Sequence record: MN709127.1 | Strand: one strand, 5' to 3' | From: Escherichia phage Ec_Makalu_002 | DNA length: 64,000 nt | Part shown: in pieces, positions 35,805 through 44,902 of the stretch | How the letters are laid out: each line of letters opens with the position of its first letter | Numbering within the stretch: position 1 is the first letter of the stretch | Translations under genes and position numbers: made by a program | The notes under the pieces: model-generated | What the model saw: only the letters and a program-made list of their open reading frames with translations | The model's database searches: none | What the model was told of the DNA's origin: nothing

Positions 35805-36203
35805 TTAACTTTCCAGAATATCGCGAGCTTCGTTACGCTCCTTGATGATTTTCAGGACAAATTCCAGTTTTTCTTTGTTTAGTGTTCCGTTTTCCATTGC
35901 TTCTTTGACGGTAAACACTCCGCCACCTTGCCCGTATACAGTGACAGTGATTTCACCTAACATCGTGGTATGAAAACCTCCAATTTTCGGTGATTCGAAA
36001 GAAACAATTACCTCGCGGACAGTATTACCGTCGTTGATTTCTGAGAGGGTAATGTCGTTTTTGTAGGCGGTTGCTTTAACCATACGGATCAACATAGTCT
36101 GATCTGGGGAGATGGTCATTTTGTCCATTGCATGTTGCAATGCAGCGTAACCGAAAACTTTAACGAAGTCCAGAACGTCTTTGCGAGTTTGAAATTTAAT
36201 CAT
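35805..36203 (-). CDS. hypothetical protein (132 aa)
   Basis: Track ORF with RBS. Confidence 0.55.
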   Translation of the reverse strand: MIKFQTRKDVLDFVKVFGYAALQHAMDKMTISPDQTMLIRMVKATAYKNDITLSEINDGNTVREVIVSFESPKIGGFHTTMLGEITVTVYGQGGGVFTVKEAMENGTLNKEKLEFVLKIIKERNEARDILES

Positions 36204-36236
36204 CTTGATACTCCTTAGTTGTTTTGGGATGGGAGT

Positions 36237-36265
36237 ATCTTACTACTCCCGTGATATGCTGTCAA
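36237..36265 (-). promoter_or_regulatory. PeSL-like early promoter cassette
   Basis: Minus TTGACA-17-TAAGAT; stem-loop gggagtatcttactactccc. Confidence 0.5.
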
Positions 36266-36273
36266 CTGCTTTT

Positions 36274-36423
36274 TTATGCAACCGCAAACATCAACATTTG
36301 AACATTCTTGGCTGTCTGGCTTTCAAAGTTCTGACATTCTTTGATAATGTCCTCTACTTTCTCGCCGGAGATCTCCGCGTAAGTTTCGATTGCCATTTTC
36401 AGTACCGCGTCAAAGTTGTTCAT
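36274..36423 (-). CDS. hypothetical 49-aa protein
   Basis: ATG with RBS; MNNFDAVLKMAIETYAEISGEKVEDIIKECQNFESQTAKNVQMLMFAVA. Confidence 0.4.
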   Translation of the reverse strand: MNNFDAVLKMAIETYAEISGEKVEDIIKECQNFESQTAKNVQMLMFAVA

Positions 36424-36461
36424 TTGATTCTCCTTAAAGTGTATTTCGTTTCGATGGGGGT

Positions 36462-36490
36462 ATATTAATACCCCCGTTTCATGCTGTCAA
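36462..36490 (-). promoter_or_regulatory. PeSL-like early promoter cassette
   Basis: Minus TTGACA-17-TAATAT; stem-loop gggggtatattaataccccc. Confidence 0.5.
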
Positions 36491-36709
36491 CTACTTTTTA
36501 ATGACAAGTTCGAATTTTGCTACCTTGCGTCCTCGTTTATTGAAAGCAACCCACGGACGGTTTTCAATGTAGAACAATTCTTCGCCAATAATGAATACTG
36601 GCTGATTGTAAAGGCGACCCATCAGGTCACGCTGGCGAATGGTATTAGATTCGTATACTTCGCCTACTACAAAGTGCTTGCTGATAGAGTCGGTGCAAGT
36701 AAATTTCAT
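36491..36709 (-). CDS. hypothetical protein (72 aa)
   Basis: Track ORF with RBS. Confidence 0.5.
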   Translation of the reverse strand: MKFTCTDSISKHFVVGEVYESNTIRQRDLMGRLYNQPVFIIGEELFYIENRPWVAFNKRGRKVAKFELVIKK

Positions 36710-36742
36710 TTTGATTCTCCTTTGTTTCGTTTCGATGGGAGT

Positions 36743-36771
36743 ATCTTACAACTCCCAATATTCAGTGTCAA
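36743..36771 (-). promoter_or_regulatory. PeSL-like early promoter cassette
   Basis: Minus TTGACA-17-TAAGAT; stem-loop gggagtatcttacaactccc. Confidence 0.5.
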
Positions 36772-36778
36772 CTGCTTT

Positions 36779-36997
36779 TTACTTGTTGTATTCATTCCAC
36801 CAACGAGTAAGTTTATCGATTATTTTTGTGTTTCTATCCAATTTCTCCCACCGTTTACGCGGGTTTATAAGCCGGAATAGGTAGGGTGTACTTGTTAAGT
36901 GAACTCGGTCAAAATAATGGTTGATAAGCTGGCATTCAATTCTCAATTTCATCTTTTTACGATGAAAATATGCAATTACTTGTTCTTCTGTTTCCAT
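36779..36997 (-). CDS. hypothetical protein (72 aa)
   Basis: Track ORF with RBS. Confidence 0.5.
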   Translation of the reverse strand: METEEQVIAYFHRKKMKLRIECQLINHYFDRVHLTSTPYLFRLINPRKRWEKLDRNTKIIDKLTRWWNEYNK

Positions 36998-37021
36998 ATG
37001 TTCCTCCGTTTCGATGCGTGC

Positions 37022-37050
37022 ATTATGCTATGGCAAGATCCGATTGTCAA
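37022..37050 (-). promoter_or_regulatory. early promoter
   Basis: Minus TTGACA-17-CATAAT. Confidence 0.45.
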
Positions 37051-37097
37051 CACCCAATAACAAAAAAGTCGCCACTATGGGCGACTTAGGTTAAACA

Positions 37098-37574
37098 TTA
37101 ATCATGACCGTGGTTGGCAAGATCCGCTCGTGTCTTATCTTTGTGATTTCCTACGTCAAAGACACGATAGCCGTTTTCTCGGAGAACTTTAATCACTTCT
37201 GGGTTATCCTCAAAGACTCCCACCACTTCATCTTTATCAAATGATTTAATTACCTCTAATTTGATGTGATAGTCTTTACGGGAATCGGTACGGCCTCTCA
37301 TAAAGATTTTATCAAAACACACCCCGTTAGAAATTAACCAATCAATTGTTTCCATGTAAGCATGTGAACTTCGTCCGGTGAGGATGTAAATCAAATGACC
37401 GTTGTCCGAAAGAGCATTGATAACACGAATTACATCGTAAATGGGGGAATCTCCCCCACATGCCTTGTTATATTCGATCCATGACTCGACTTTATCAAGA
37501 TTTTCGGTTGGCATCTTTGCTAGTCGATGCGTTGGATCTGTGATCGTAAAATCTAAATCGACAAAATATATCAT
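37098..37574 (-). CDS. HAD-superfamily phosphatase-like protein
   Basis: N-terminal motif FVDLDFTIT (DxDxT), TGR and a downstream acidic motif. Confidence 0.5.
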   Translation of the reverse strand: MIYFVDLDFTITDPTHRLAKMPTENLDKVESWIEYNKACGGDSPIYDVIRVINALSDNGHLIYILTGRSSHAYMETIDWLISNGVCFDKIFMRGRTDSRKDYHIKLEVIKSFDKDEVVGVFEDNPEVIKVLRENGYRVFDVGNHKDKTRADLANHGHD

Positions 37575-38731
37575 AGATATTTCCCGAATCGGTTGTAGTC
37601 GTCGTCTGTTAAATCGGTATTAACCTGAGATACCAGATACATAATCTCTACTTCTTGCGCCGCGTTTTGAACTTCGTCAGAGTTTAACCACTTACGCATC
37701 CACGGTAAAGGATGACGACGAACACTAAACGGGCTTTTCAGTCCGGCAGCACGCATACGGGAATCTGCCAGGTATTCTACATAGGTTTTCAGAATTTCCG
37801 GTGACAGGTTAGGAATTGCCCCCATTGCGAATAAGTGATCTACCCATTCTTTTTCTTGCTCGACAACATCCAGAAAGATTTTCGTTGCTTCGTCTTCAAG
37901 TTCTTCCGCAATCTGTTTCCACTCATCACCATCAGCCCCCGTTTGCCATTGACGAATAATGTATTGTGTTCCTTTTAAGTGAAGTTGTTCATCACGCGCA
38001 ATAAATTTCATGATCTTCGCGTTACCTTCCAGTAAACCACGTTCGGCAAAGCTGAAAGTACATGCAAAGGACACATAAAAACGGATTGCTTCCAAAGCAT
38101 TAACGCAGTGTGCACACAGATAAATCGACGCCATCAGATCTCGTTTTGTATCTTCAAAAACTCTTCTTGCATCATCTAATGCTGTCTGGTCGTCTCGTTC
38201 TTCCCAATAGCGGAGATCTTCTTTTGCGTTCTCATACTTACGAATCCAATAAAGAACATCATCATAATATTGCCCGATAGATTCCGCTCGCTTCATGATC
38301 GCAGGGTTATCGATGATCTGGTCAAACTCACTAGCCGGATCAATGAAACAGTTACGCATGATGTGAGTATAACTGCGGCTATGAATTGTCTCGCTGAATG
38401 TCCAGGTTTGTAACCATGTATCGAGAGTTGGATCAGATACAATTGGACCAAAGGCTGCGGACGGTGCGCGACCTTGAATAGAATCAAGTAATGTCTGATA
38501 CTTCAAGTTTTCTGTAAAGAAACGTTTTTCAACATCGCCCATATTCAGATATTGAATGCGGTCGGTTGCAAGTGAAATCTCTTCTGGACGCCAGAAAAAT
38601 GACAGAGATTTTTCAATTAATTCTTCAAATACTTGATGACGCTGAATGTCATAGCGAGCAATCCCTAAATCACTACCCAGAAACATTGGTTCGTTCATAA
38701 TATCAACATGTTCGCGGTTAAATACGCTCAT
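37571..38731 (-). CDS. nrdB: ribonucleotide reductase small subunit
   Basis: 386 aa; diiron/tyrosyl motifs typical of class Ia R2; T4 synteny. Confidence 0.92.
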   Translation of the reverse strand: MSVFNREHVDIMNEPMFLGSDLGIARYDIQRHQVFEELIEKSLSFFWRPEEISLATDRIQYLNMGDVEKRFFTENLKYQTLLDSIQGRAPSAAFGPIVSDPTLDTWLQTWTFSETIHSRSYTHIMRNCFIDPASEFDQIIDNPAIMKRAESIGQYYDDVLYWIRKYENAKEDLRYWEERDDQTALDDARRVFEDTKRDLMASIYLCAHCVNALEAIRFYVSFACTFSFAERGLLEGNAKIMKFIARDEQLHLKGTQYIIRQWQTGADGDEWKQIAEELEDEATKIFLDVVEQEKEWVDHLFAMGAIPNLSPEILKTYVEYLADSRMRAAGLKSPFSVRRHPLPWMRKWLNSDEVQNAAQEVEIMYLVSQVNTDLTDDDYNRFGKYL

Positions 38732-38746
38732 TAATTCACCTCACTA

Positions 38747-38914
38747 TCACTTTTTAATACAAAAGAACTTAGTATTTCTGTTTATGTCTCTATCCTGTTG
38801 CAATTCCTGCATGGCTTCAAAACAACTTTGATGTGATGAAAACTCTACGCTGGTAACAGTTCCTTTATTATATACCCCGACACTAACGGACAGCAATAAC
38901 CATAATGTAGCCAT
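38747..38914 (-). CDS. small hydrophobic-N-terminus protein (55 aa), tandem paralog 2
   Basis: MATLWLLLSVSVGVYNKGTVTSVEFSSHQSCFEAMQELQQDRDINRNTKFFCIKK. Confidence 0.45.
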   Translation of the reverse strand: MATLWLLLSVSVGVYNKGTVTSVEFSSHQSCFEAMQELQQDRDINRNTKFFCIKK

Positions 38915-39087
38915 TAGTTCACCTTCTGCTTTTCAATGCAATACAGATTCATAAAGCGTTTATTGTCTTCGCGGATAATCTCGCGAGCTTTAACGCAATC
39001 CTGCTTTGTTGCAAACTCAATGCTTGACATATTTCCGTAATTATACATTGAATTGCTTATTGCAATCAATAACCATACAGTAGCCAT
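38914..39087 (-). CDS. small hydrophobic-N-terminus protein (57 aa), tandem paralog 1
   Basis: MATVWLLIAISNSMYNYGNMSSIEFATKQDCVKAREIIREDNKRFMNLYCIEKQKVN; TAATG overlap with the next ORF. Confidence 0.45.
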   Translation of the reverse strand: MATVWLLIAISNSMYNYGNMSSIEFATKQDCVKAREIIREDNKRFMNLYCIEKQKVN

Positions 39088-39254
39088 TATCCGACAACCT
39101 CAAAACATTTATCATCAGGAAGAATAGCCCATTCTACGCCGTATTCATCCTTAACGTAGTAGCAAGTCCCATCATGTCGAGCATCATATTCATCACCGAC
39201 AACAAAGCTATCAGCTAGCTCAAAATCTACAGCAACACATTTTAATTTTGCCAT
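39087..39254 (-). CDS. hypothetical 55-aa protein
   Basis: ATG 39254 with GAGGA RBS; longer track ORF would run into the promoter. Confidence 0.45.
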   Translation of the reverse strand: MAKLKCVAVDFELADSFVVGDEYDARHDGTCYYVKDEYGVEWAILPDDKCFEVVG

Positions 39255-39285
39255 AATAAAATCCTCATTTGTTTTTGATGGTTGC

Positions 39286-39314
39286 ATTATAGCGGGGATT
39301 TCTCCCCGCGTCAA
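39286..39314 (-). promoter_or_regulatory. PeSL-like early promoter cassette
   Basis: Minus TTGACG-17-TATAAT; palindrome gcggggatttctccccgc. Confidence 0.5.
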
Positions 39315-39322
39315 CACTTATT

Positions 39323-41566
39323 TTACAGTTTGCAAGATGAACATTCGCTAGCGTCTTCCGTACCATCAGCACCATCACGCACGTTAGCGTAATACAGTGT
39401 CTTGAGGCCGTAATATTGAGCAAACAGCATATCATCTAACACATCAGCAATATCGACTTTACCAGTCTTATAAGTGCTTGGATCGTAGGATGTATTGGAA
39501 CTAATCGCCTGATCTACAAACTTCTGCATGATCGCTGCCAGTGTCAGATAAGGTTTGTTACCTTTCTTGATCAGTGTCCAAAGCAGGTCAATAACATCAG
39601 CATTATTCTCTACGTTCGGAATAACCTGATTAAATTGTCCTTCCTTTGATCCTTTAACCGATACAATCCCGCGAGGCGGTTCTATTCCATTGGTGCTATT
39701 AGATACCTGAGAAGACGACTCACAAGGCATCAGCGCCGATAGTGTACTGTTACGAATGCCATATTTTTTCAGGTCTTCGCGCAGTTCTTCCCAATCCATC
39801 TCATACACCGGGTCAACCAGTTCATCTACTGTCTTTTTGTACCAGTCAATAGGAAGTTCACCGCGACCATAACGTGTTTCGTGCATCAGTTCGCAAGCGC
39901 CCTTCTCTTTTGCTAGCTGCACACTAGCTTTAATCAGAGCATATTGCAAGCGTTCAAACGTTTTATGCGTAAACTCGTTAGCGTCTTCATATGTGAAGAA
40001 ATTATCCGCCAGATATGATGCAAAGTTAGTCACACCAACACCCAGAGAGCGACGTTTCTTAGCTGTCAGTGCTTGTTTTACAGGATAATCCTGATAATCT
40101 AACAGGTTATCAAGTGCACGCACCATAACCATAGCGATCCGCTCTACTTCTTCCATGTTTTCGATATCGAAATTACCTAAAACATATGCTGCCAAAGTGC
40201 ATAGGCTGATCTCTGAATCATCACGACCCATCGGTTTTGTCGGCAGAGCGATTTCACAACACAGGTTAGATTGTTTAATCGGTGCTACATTACGAATAAA
40301 CGCCCCGTGATTGTTCATGTTGTCTGTGAACGCTGGATAGATTCGACCAGTGTTAAAACGTTCAATTGCCACCGCTAAAAACAGGTCTTCGGCTTTAACA
40401 CGAGTTTTACGCACACTCGGATCTTTTTCCAGTTTTTCGTAAAGCTGGCGGAAACCTTCCTCATCTCGGAAGTACAGATCCCACAACAAGCCACCCGCAA
40501 CATCTGGACTAAACAGAGTAATGTAATCGCGTTTAAGGAATCGCTCTACCATCAGGTTATTAATCTGTACGCCGTAGTCAAGATGACGAATGCGGTTATC
40601 TTCTACCCCTTTGTTGTTCTTCAACACAATAAGACTTTCAAACTCTAAATGCCACATTGGGTAATAGAGAGTCGCCGCCCCGCCACGAATACCGCCTTGT
40701 GAGCATGACTTAACAGCAGTCTGAAAATGTTTCCAGAATGGGATAACGCCAGTATGACGAACTTCACCATACCCGATCTTAGATCCTTCCGCTCGAATCA
40801 TACCAGCATTGATACCGATACCAGCACGCTTACTAATATACTTGATGATTGCATTTGCTGTTTCGTTGATGCCCTGCAATGAGTCATCACTTTCAATCAC
40901 CACACACGAACTAAATTGTCGTGTTGGAGTACGCACACCAGCCATGATCGGAGTAGGCAGAGAAATTTGCTTATTCGCAACAGCATTATAAAAATCAATC
41001 ACATGTTCAAGTCGATTTTCTGTCTCTTCTTGATGTAAGCACATACCGATCAGCATATAAGCAAATTGCGGTGTTTCAATGATTTTCTTAGTGCTGCGAT
41101 CCTGAACAAGATATTTCTCTTTTAACTGCATTGCACCAGCATAGGTCATTTTAAAATCAAGTTTATGATCGATGAATTTCTCCAGATATTCCACTTCTTC
41201 ACGGGAATACTTTTGCAGAATTTCGCGATCATATTTTCCGGTTGCAATATTACGCTCAATATGGCTATAAAAATCAATCGGTTGGAATTGACCGTATACT
41301 GATTTACGAAGCGCGAACATTGCAAGGTTACTTGCTACATATTGATAATCAGGTGTTTCTACAGTAATGTTATCTGCGGCGACCTTAATCAATACTTTCT
41401 GGATATCGTTAGTAGACATACCTTCTGTCAGAAGTGGTTCAACCATATCAAACAATTCATATGGATCAACGTTATGACCTTCGGCTGCCGCTTCCAGAAT
41501 TTTCATTACTTTTTCTTTTTCAAACGGAACAGTCAGACCGGAAGACTTAACAACATTTTTAATCAT
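39323..41566 (-). CDS. nrdA: ribonucleotide reductase large subunit
   Basis: 747 aa; ATP-cone N-terminus, catalytic NLCCEI-type segment, C-terminal Cys pair. Confidence 0.93.
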   Translation of the reverse strand: MIKNVVKSSGLTVPFEKEKVMKILEAAAEGHNVDPYELFDMVEPLLTEGMSTNDIQKVLIKVAADNITVETPDYQYVASNLAMFALRKSVYGQFQPIDFYSHIERNIATGKYDREILQKYSREEVEYLEKFIDHKLDFKMTYAGAMQLKEKYLVQDRSTKKIIETPQFAYMLIGMCLHQEETENRLEHVIDFYNAVANKQISLPTPIMAGVRTPTRQFSSCVVIESDDSLQGINETANAIIKYISKRAGIGINAGMIRAEGSKIGYGEVRHTGVIPFWKHFQTAVKSCSQGGIRGGAATLYYPMWHLEFESLIVLKNNKGVEDNRIRHLDYGVQINNLMVERFLKRDYITLFSPDVAGGLLWDLYFRDEEGFRQLYEKLEKDPSVRKTRVKAEDLFLAVAIERFNTGRIYPAFTDNMNNHGAFIRNVAPIKQSNLCCEIALPTKPMGRDDSEISLCTLAAYVLGNFDIENMEEVERIAMVMVRALDNLLDYQDYPVKQALTAKKRRSLGVGVTNFASYLADNFFTYEDANEFTHKTFERLQYALIKASVQLAKEKGACELMHETRYGRGELPIDWYKKTVDELVDPVYEMDWEELREDLKKYGIRNSTLSALMPCESSSQVSNSTNGIEPPRGIVSVKGSKEGQFNQVIPNVENNADVIDLLWTLIKKGNKPYLTLAAIMQKFVDQAISSNTSYDPSTYKTGKVDIADVLDDMLFAQYYGLKTLYYANVRDGADGTEDASECSSCKL

Positions 41567-41577
41567 ATTACCTCACT

Positions 41578-41880
41578 TCATATATCAAGCGTATTTTCTG
41601 GAGTATCGCCGAAAACTCTATTAACGAGATCCGCCAATACTTCACCGTGGCATTTCTTAGGGTAGCAAGTACAACCTAAGCGCATATGTCTTAATACTTC
41701 TAAATGCGCCCGTGTTATCTCACCATTTCGAATCTTATTATACAACCACTCTTTGTATAATGCAATAGCTTTCTCTCGTCCGTATTCTTTGGCGGTGTAT
41801 GGATTTCCCCACATAGTACCACGCTGAATATTAACATCAAAATCGCTATTGTATTTGTTTACAACGCGGCATATTTTCAT
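41578..41880 (-). CDS. DUF4326-like protein
   Basis: WGNPY ... LGCTCYPKKCHGEVL pattern; C-terminus ...ENTLDI. Confidence 0.45.
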   Translation of the reverse strand: MKICRVVNKYNSDFDVNIQRGTMWGNPYTAKEYGREKAIALYKEWLYNKIRNGEITRAHLEVLRHMRLGCTCYPKKCHGEVLADLVNRVFGDTPENTLDI

Positions 41881-41916
41881 TTGATACTCCTTGCGGGGAT
41901 TCCTCCCCGCATTTGT

Positions 41917-43149
41917 TTATACTGCCATTTGAGCGGTGATTGCCGGATGGCTTTGATAGTTGTGAATTTTAAAGTCTTTCGGAGTTTTTGTCAATACCTC
42001 ATCTAAAGATTTAAATTCCGGCAACTCAATTGTTGGTTTATCAAACGGAACACGGCTTAACTGTTCCATCACTTGGTCAAAGTGATTTTTGTAAATGTGA
42101 GTATCTCCGCCGGAGAAAATCAGTTCTCCTACTTCGAGATCACACATTTTCGCTATGATGTGAGTTAACAGCGCATAGCTGGCGACGTTAAAGGGCAAGC
42201 CCAAAAAGCTGTCTACGCTTCGCTGAAACCACATACAAGACAGTTTACCCTCATTGACATAGAATTGCACGAACGGATGACATACACCTAATACAGCATT
42301 ATGTGTTCCTTGTACGTTCCATGAGTCAATAATGATCCGGCGATCCGTTGGATTGTTTTTAATTTGTTCAATCACGTTTTGTAACTGGTCTTCCCAAATC
42401 TTCGGGCGATAGACATATTCTTCATCGTCTTTAGTGCTCGATGTGTCTATGTCCATACTAGCAAAGATCGTGGTATCTGGCGCTAAAATATCCCCGCCTA
42501 GATAATCACTATCAAGCAGATAACCGAAATAACCATCATCTACCCATTCCTGGAATCCCCACAAGCAATATGCATCATTAACAAAATTAGATTGAGTCTT
42601 CCAGTGGTCTGCTACTAAGAATTGATTATATTCAGAATCAAACTCTTCATAACGCATACCACGCCAGATAGCACATAAACGGTCTTCTGTGTCGTTGGTT
42701 GGCGTAAAGTCTTCTACCCACGGGTGTTTAAATGTATGTGTATATTTGCTCTTAACGCGCTTAATTTTGATTTCACCGTGTGGATGAATCGGTTTGCGTC
42801 GCCACGCCATACCATACATATTGCCGACATTATAACCATTGAATCGCAAGGGATTCTTTTCTTTCATATCAAGACAGTTGCCGCGCCAAATATCAAATGC
42901 TTCCTCGTCAAACTTTCCGCGTGTAATTTCCTGTAAGCGACGGCGGTCAAGTGATCCCTCCATAAACCATAGCAATTCGCCAATTACAGAGGCTGTAGCC
43001 ATCTTTTTAGTGGTCAGTAATGGGAAACCCTTGCTTAAATCAATTCGCATCTCTGTGCCGAATTTAGAGAGCGTACCTACCCCCGTTCGGTCTTCACGAG
43101 GCCAGCCATTATCAAGAACATCACGCAATAGTTTCAAATATTCTTTCAT
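41917..43149 (-). CDS. td: thymidylate synthase with a large internal insertion
   Basis: ThyA motifs (ELLWF, DRRIIIDSWN, GVCHPFVQFY, SVDSFLGLPFNVASYALL) plus about 110 extra residues after the WRR segment. Confidence 0.8.
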   Translation of the reverse strand: MKEYLKLLRDVLDNGWPREDRTGVGTLSKFGTEMRIDLSKGFPLLTTKKMATASVIGELLWFMEGSLDRRRLQEITRGKFDEEAFDIWRGNCLDMKEKNPLRFNGYNVGNMYGMAWRRKPIHPHGEIKIKRVKSKYTHTFKHPWVEDFTPTNDTEDRLCAIWRGMRYEEFDSEYNQFLVADHWKTQSNFVNDAYCLWGFQEWVDDGYFGYLLDSDYLGGDILAPDTTIFASMDIDTSSTKDDEEYVYRPKIWEDQLQNVIEQIKNNPTDRRIIIDSWNVQGTHNAVLGVCHPFVQFYVNEGKLSCMWFQRSVDSFLGLPFNVASYALLTHIIAKMCDLEVGELIFSGGDTHIYKNHFDQVMEQLSRVPFDKPTIELPEFKSLDEVLTKTPKDFKIHNYQSHPAITAQMAV

Positions 43150-43417
43150 CCCACATCACCTTTTTCTTATTGATTGCTTTCTTACGCAGTTTTGCTACTG
43201 TCTCGTCAATATCGATAAAGACAACGCCACGGTTGAATATAGTAGCAGGTCTTGAGATATCGCTATTTTCTTGCACAGGAAGCCATGATGCGCTCGCTTC
43301 ATCATAGAGATATTGTAAACCGTAATAATCTACGGCTACTGCGTAGTTTTCACTGGTAGCCGTCCATAATTGAATAATACCGACTTTCATTATTGTTCCC
43401 GTCCGCAATGTAAGCAC
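43121..43417 (-). CDS. hypothetical protein (98 aa or shorter)
   Basis: Track ORF between frd and td. Confidence 0.5.
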   Translation of the reverse strand: MLTLRTGTIMKVGIIQLWTATSENYAVAVDYYGLQYLYDEASASWLPVQENSDISRPATIFNRGVVFIDIDETVAKLRKKAINKKKVMWDERIFETIA

Positions 43418-43483
43418 CGACTACCAGCAAACATCAAAGATTCACCACAATGTTTGCACTCATAATCTGTAAGAATTTTCATG

Positions 43484-44053
43484 TTACGCCTTCTTACGTT
43501 CTAAAATTTGTTCGCTGATCAGGTAATTATCAAGGAAGTAATTATGTTCTTCTTTGGTTACAAAGTCAAAATACAATTCCTGAATCATTTCCTTAGAGAT
43601 ACCAACATCATATTCAAATGGATCGTTGATCCCTGAACGCTGAACATACGTTAACACAATACGGTCCGCAAAGTCAACCGCTTTTTCAATCAGGGAAGGT
43701 CCGCCGATAACACTTACCAAACCTTGCGTTTTCTCCAGGACTTTTAACAGATCCTTTAATTCAATTCCAGTATACACATTAGGCTGGTCGCCGTTTTTGG
43801 CTTTCGGTGTCGGCTTGCTGGCATCGGTACTAATAACCACATTAAGACGACCTTCCAGTGCTTTAGGGAGACTTTCAAAGGTATTACGTCCCATTACAAC
43901 CGCCGCAAGATCAACATCTCCCATAGTGCGCATTTTAAAGTTTTCCATGTCCTTTTTGATTGGACGACCCCACGGTAAACCACCTTTAAAACCAAAAGCC
44001 CAATTTTCATCTGACATTTTAGTGTCACCAATCGCAAATACACATTGAATCAT
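43484..44053 (-). CDS. frd: dihydrofolate reductase
   Basis: 189 aa; GGLPW and other DHFR motifs; GGGAGA RBS. Confidence 0.88.
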   Translation of the reverse strand: MIQCVFAIGDTKMSDENWAFGFKGGLPWGRPIKKDMENFKMRTMGDVDLAAVVMGRNTFESLPKALEGRLNVVISTDASKPTPKAKNGDQPNVYTGIELKDLLKVLEKTQGLVSVIGGPSLIEKAVDFADRIVLTYVQRSGINDPFEYDVGISKEMIQELYFDFVTKEEHNYFLDNYLISEQILERKKA

Positions 44054-44068
44054 AATATAAATCTCCCA

Positions 44069-44398
44069 TCAAATCAGTTTGAAATAGTTTTCGTTTACAT
44101 TTTCTTCTGTGATTGCTGTCTTAAATTCAGCTTCATCATCAGGCGAAACATAATAGCGTTCGGAATAATCACGCCACATTTTCAGTAAGCTAACACCAAC
44201 ATTAACACCGTTTTCCCAGAAACGGAATACAATTTTATGTGCGGTGTAACGGTAATCACTTTGAATCAAGCTACCATCCCCGCGACGGGCTTCATAAACC
44301 GTAATACATTCACGATTAGCGGCTTTAAGGCATTCTTCAATAGTTCCGCATGAGACAATTTCGGTTGATTCGTCTACGATTTTTTCTACTGTCCACAT
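44069..44398 (-). CDS. hypothetical protein (109 aa)
   Basis: Track ORF with RBS and promoter. Confidence 0.55.
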   Translation of the reverse strand: MWTVEKIVDESTEIVSCGTIEECLKAANRECITVYEARRGDGSLIQSDYRYTAHKIVFRFWENGVNVGVSLLKMWRDYSERYYVSPDDEAEFKTAITEENVNENYFKLI

Positions 44399-44429
44399 AA
44401 TATAATCCTCTCTTTGTTTCGATGTTTGT

Positions 44430-44457
44430 ATTATACATCATCTGTATTCGGTGTCAA
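44430..44457 (-). promoter_or_regulatory. early promoter
   Basis: Minus TTGACA-16-TATAAT. Confidence 0.5.
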
Positions 44458-44783
44458 CCTTTTTGTTCCATGAAAAGCGGTGCTGTTTCTTCTTTCAGTT
44501 TAATAACTAGCGCGGAAACTTCATCAAGAAAATCTTTTTCCATATGAGCAAGCATTGATTTAGAATCTTTGATGACTTTCAAAGAATATTCACTTAGATT
44601 TCCTTTTCCTAACAATAATGCAGGATACACACTATGTGGGATCTCGATTTCATGATATTCGCTCATAGTATAATATTTGTGAATTTTTAAATCTATATTT
44701 CTTCGTTGTACGTCCACATCAGCAATGACATACAGAAGTTCGATTTTATCACTTTTCTGGGAAAGGGTAGCATTCAAAAACAT
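44454..44783 (-). CDS. hypothetical protein (about 109 aa)
   Basis: ATG 44783 with GGAGGA RBS preferred over the track start, which lies in the promoter. Confidence 0.5.
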   Translation of the reverse strand: MFLNATLSQKSDKIELLYVIADVDVQRRNIDLKIHKYYTMSEYHEIEIPHSVYPALLLGKGNLSEYSLKVIKDSKSMLAHMEKDFLDEVSALVIKLKEETAPLFMEQKG

Positions 44784-44813
44784 TGTTAATCCTCCGTTGT
44801 TTCGATGTGTGGT

Positions 44814-44841
44814 ATTATACATTACCGCGCCAGAATGTCAA
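44814..44841 (-). promoter_or_regulatory. early promoter
   Basis: Minus TTGACA-16-TATAAT. Confidence 0.5.
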
Positions 44842-44865
44842 TACATTTTCATAAAATTTTAGGCA

Positions 44866-44892
44866 ATAAAAAAGCCTCCCCGAAGGGAGGCC
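44866..44892 (-). terminator. rho-independent terminator after gene 32
   Basis: Hairpin gcctccc-cgaa-gggaggc followed by U-run on the minus strand. Confidence 0.65.
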
Positions 44893-44902
44893 ATAAAATT
44901 CA

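Noticed and set aside
41917-43149. Interpreting the td insertion as an intein or group I intron
   Set aside because: The frame stays open, and the insert lacks intein boundary residues and intron-like structure. It is kept as an in-frame insertion pending RNA evidence.
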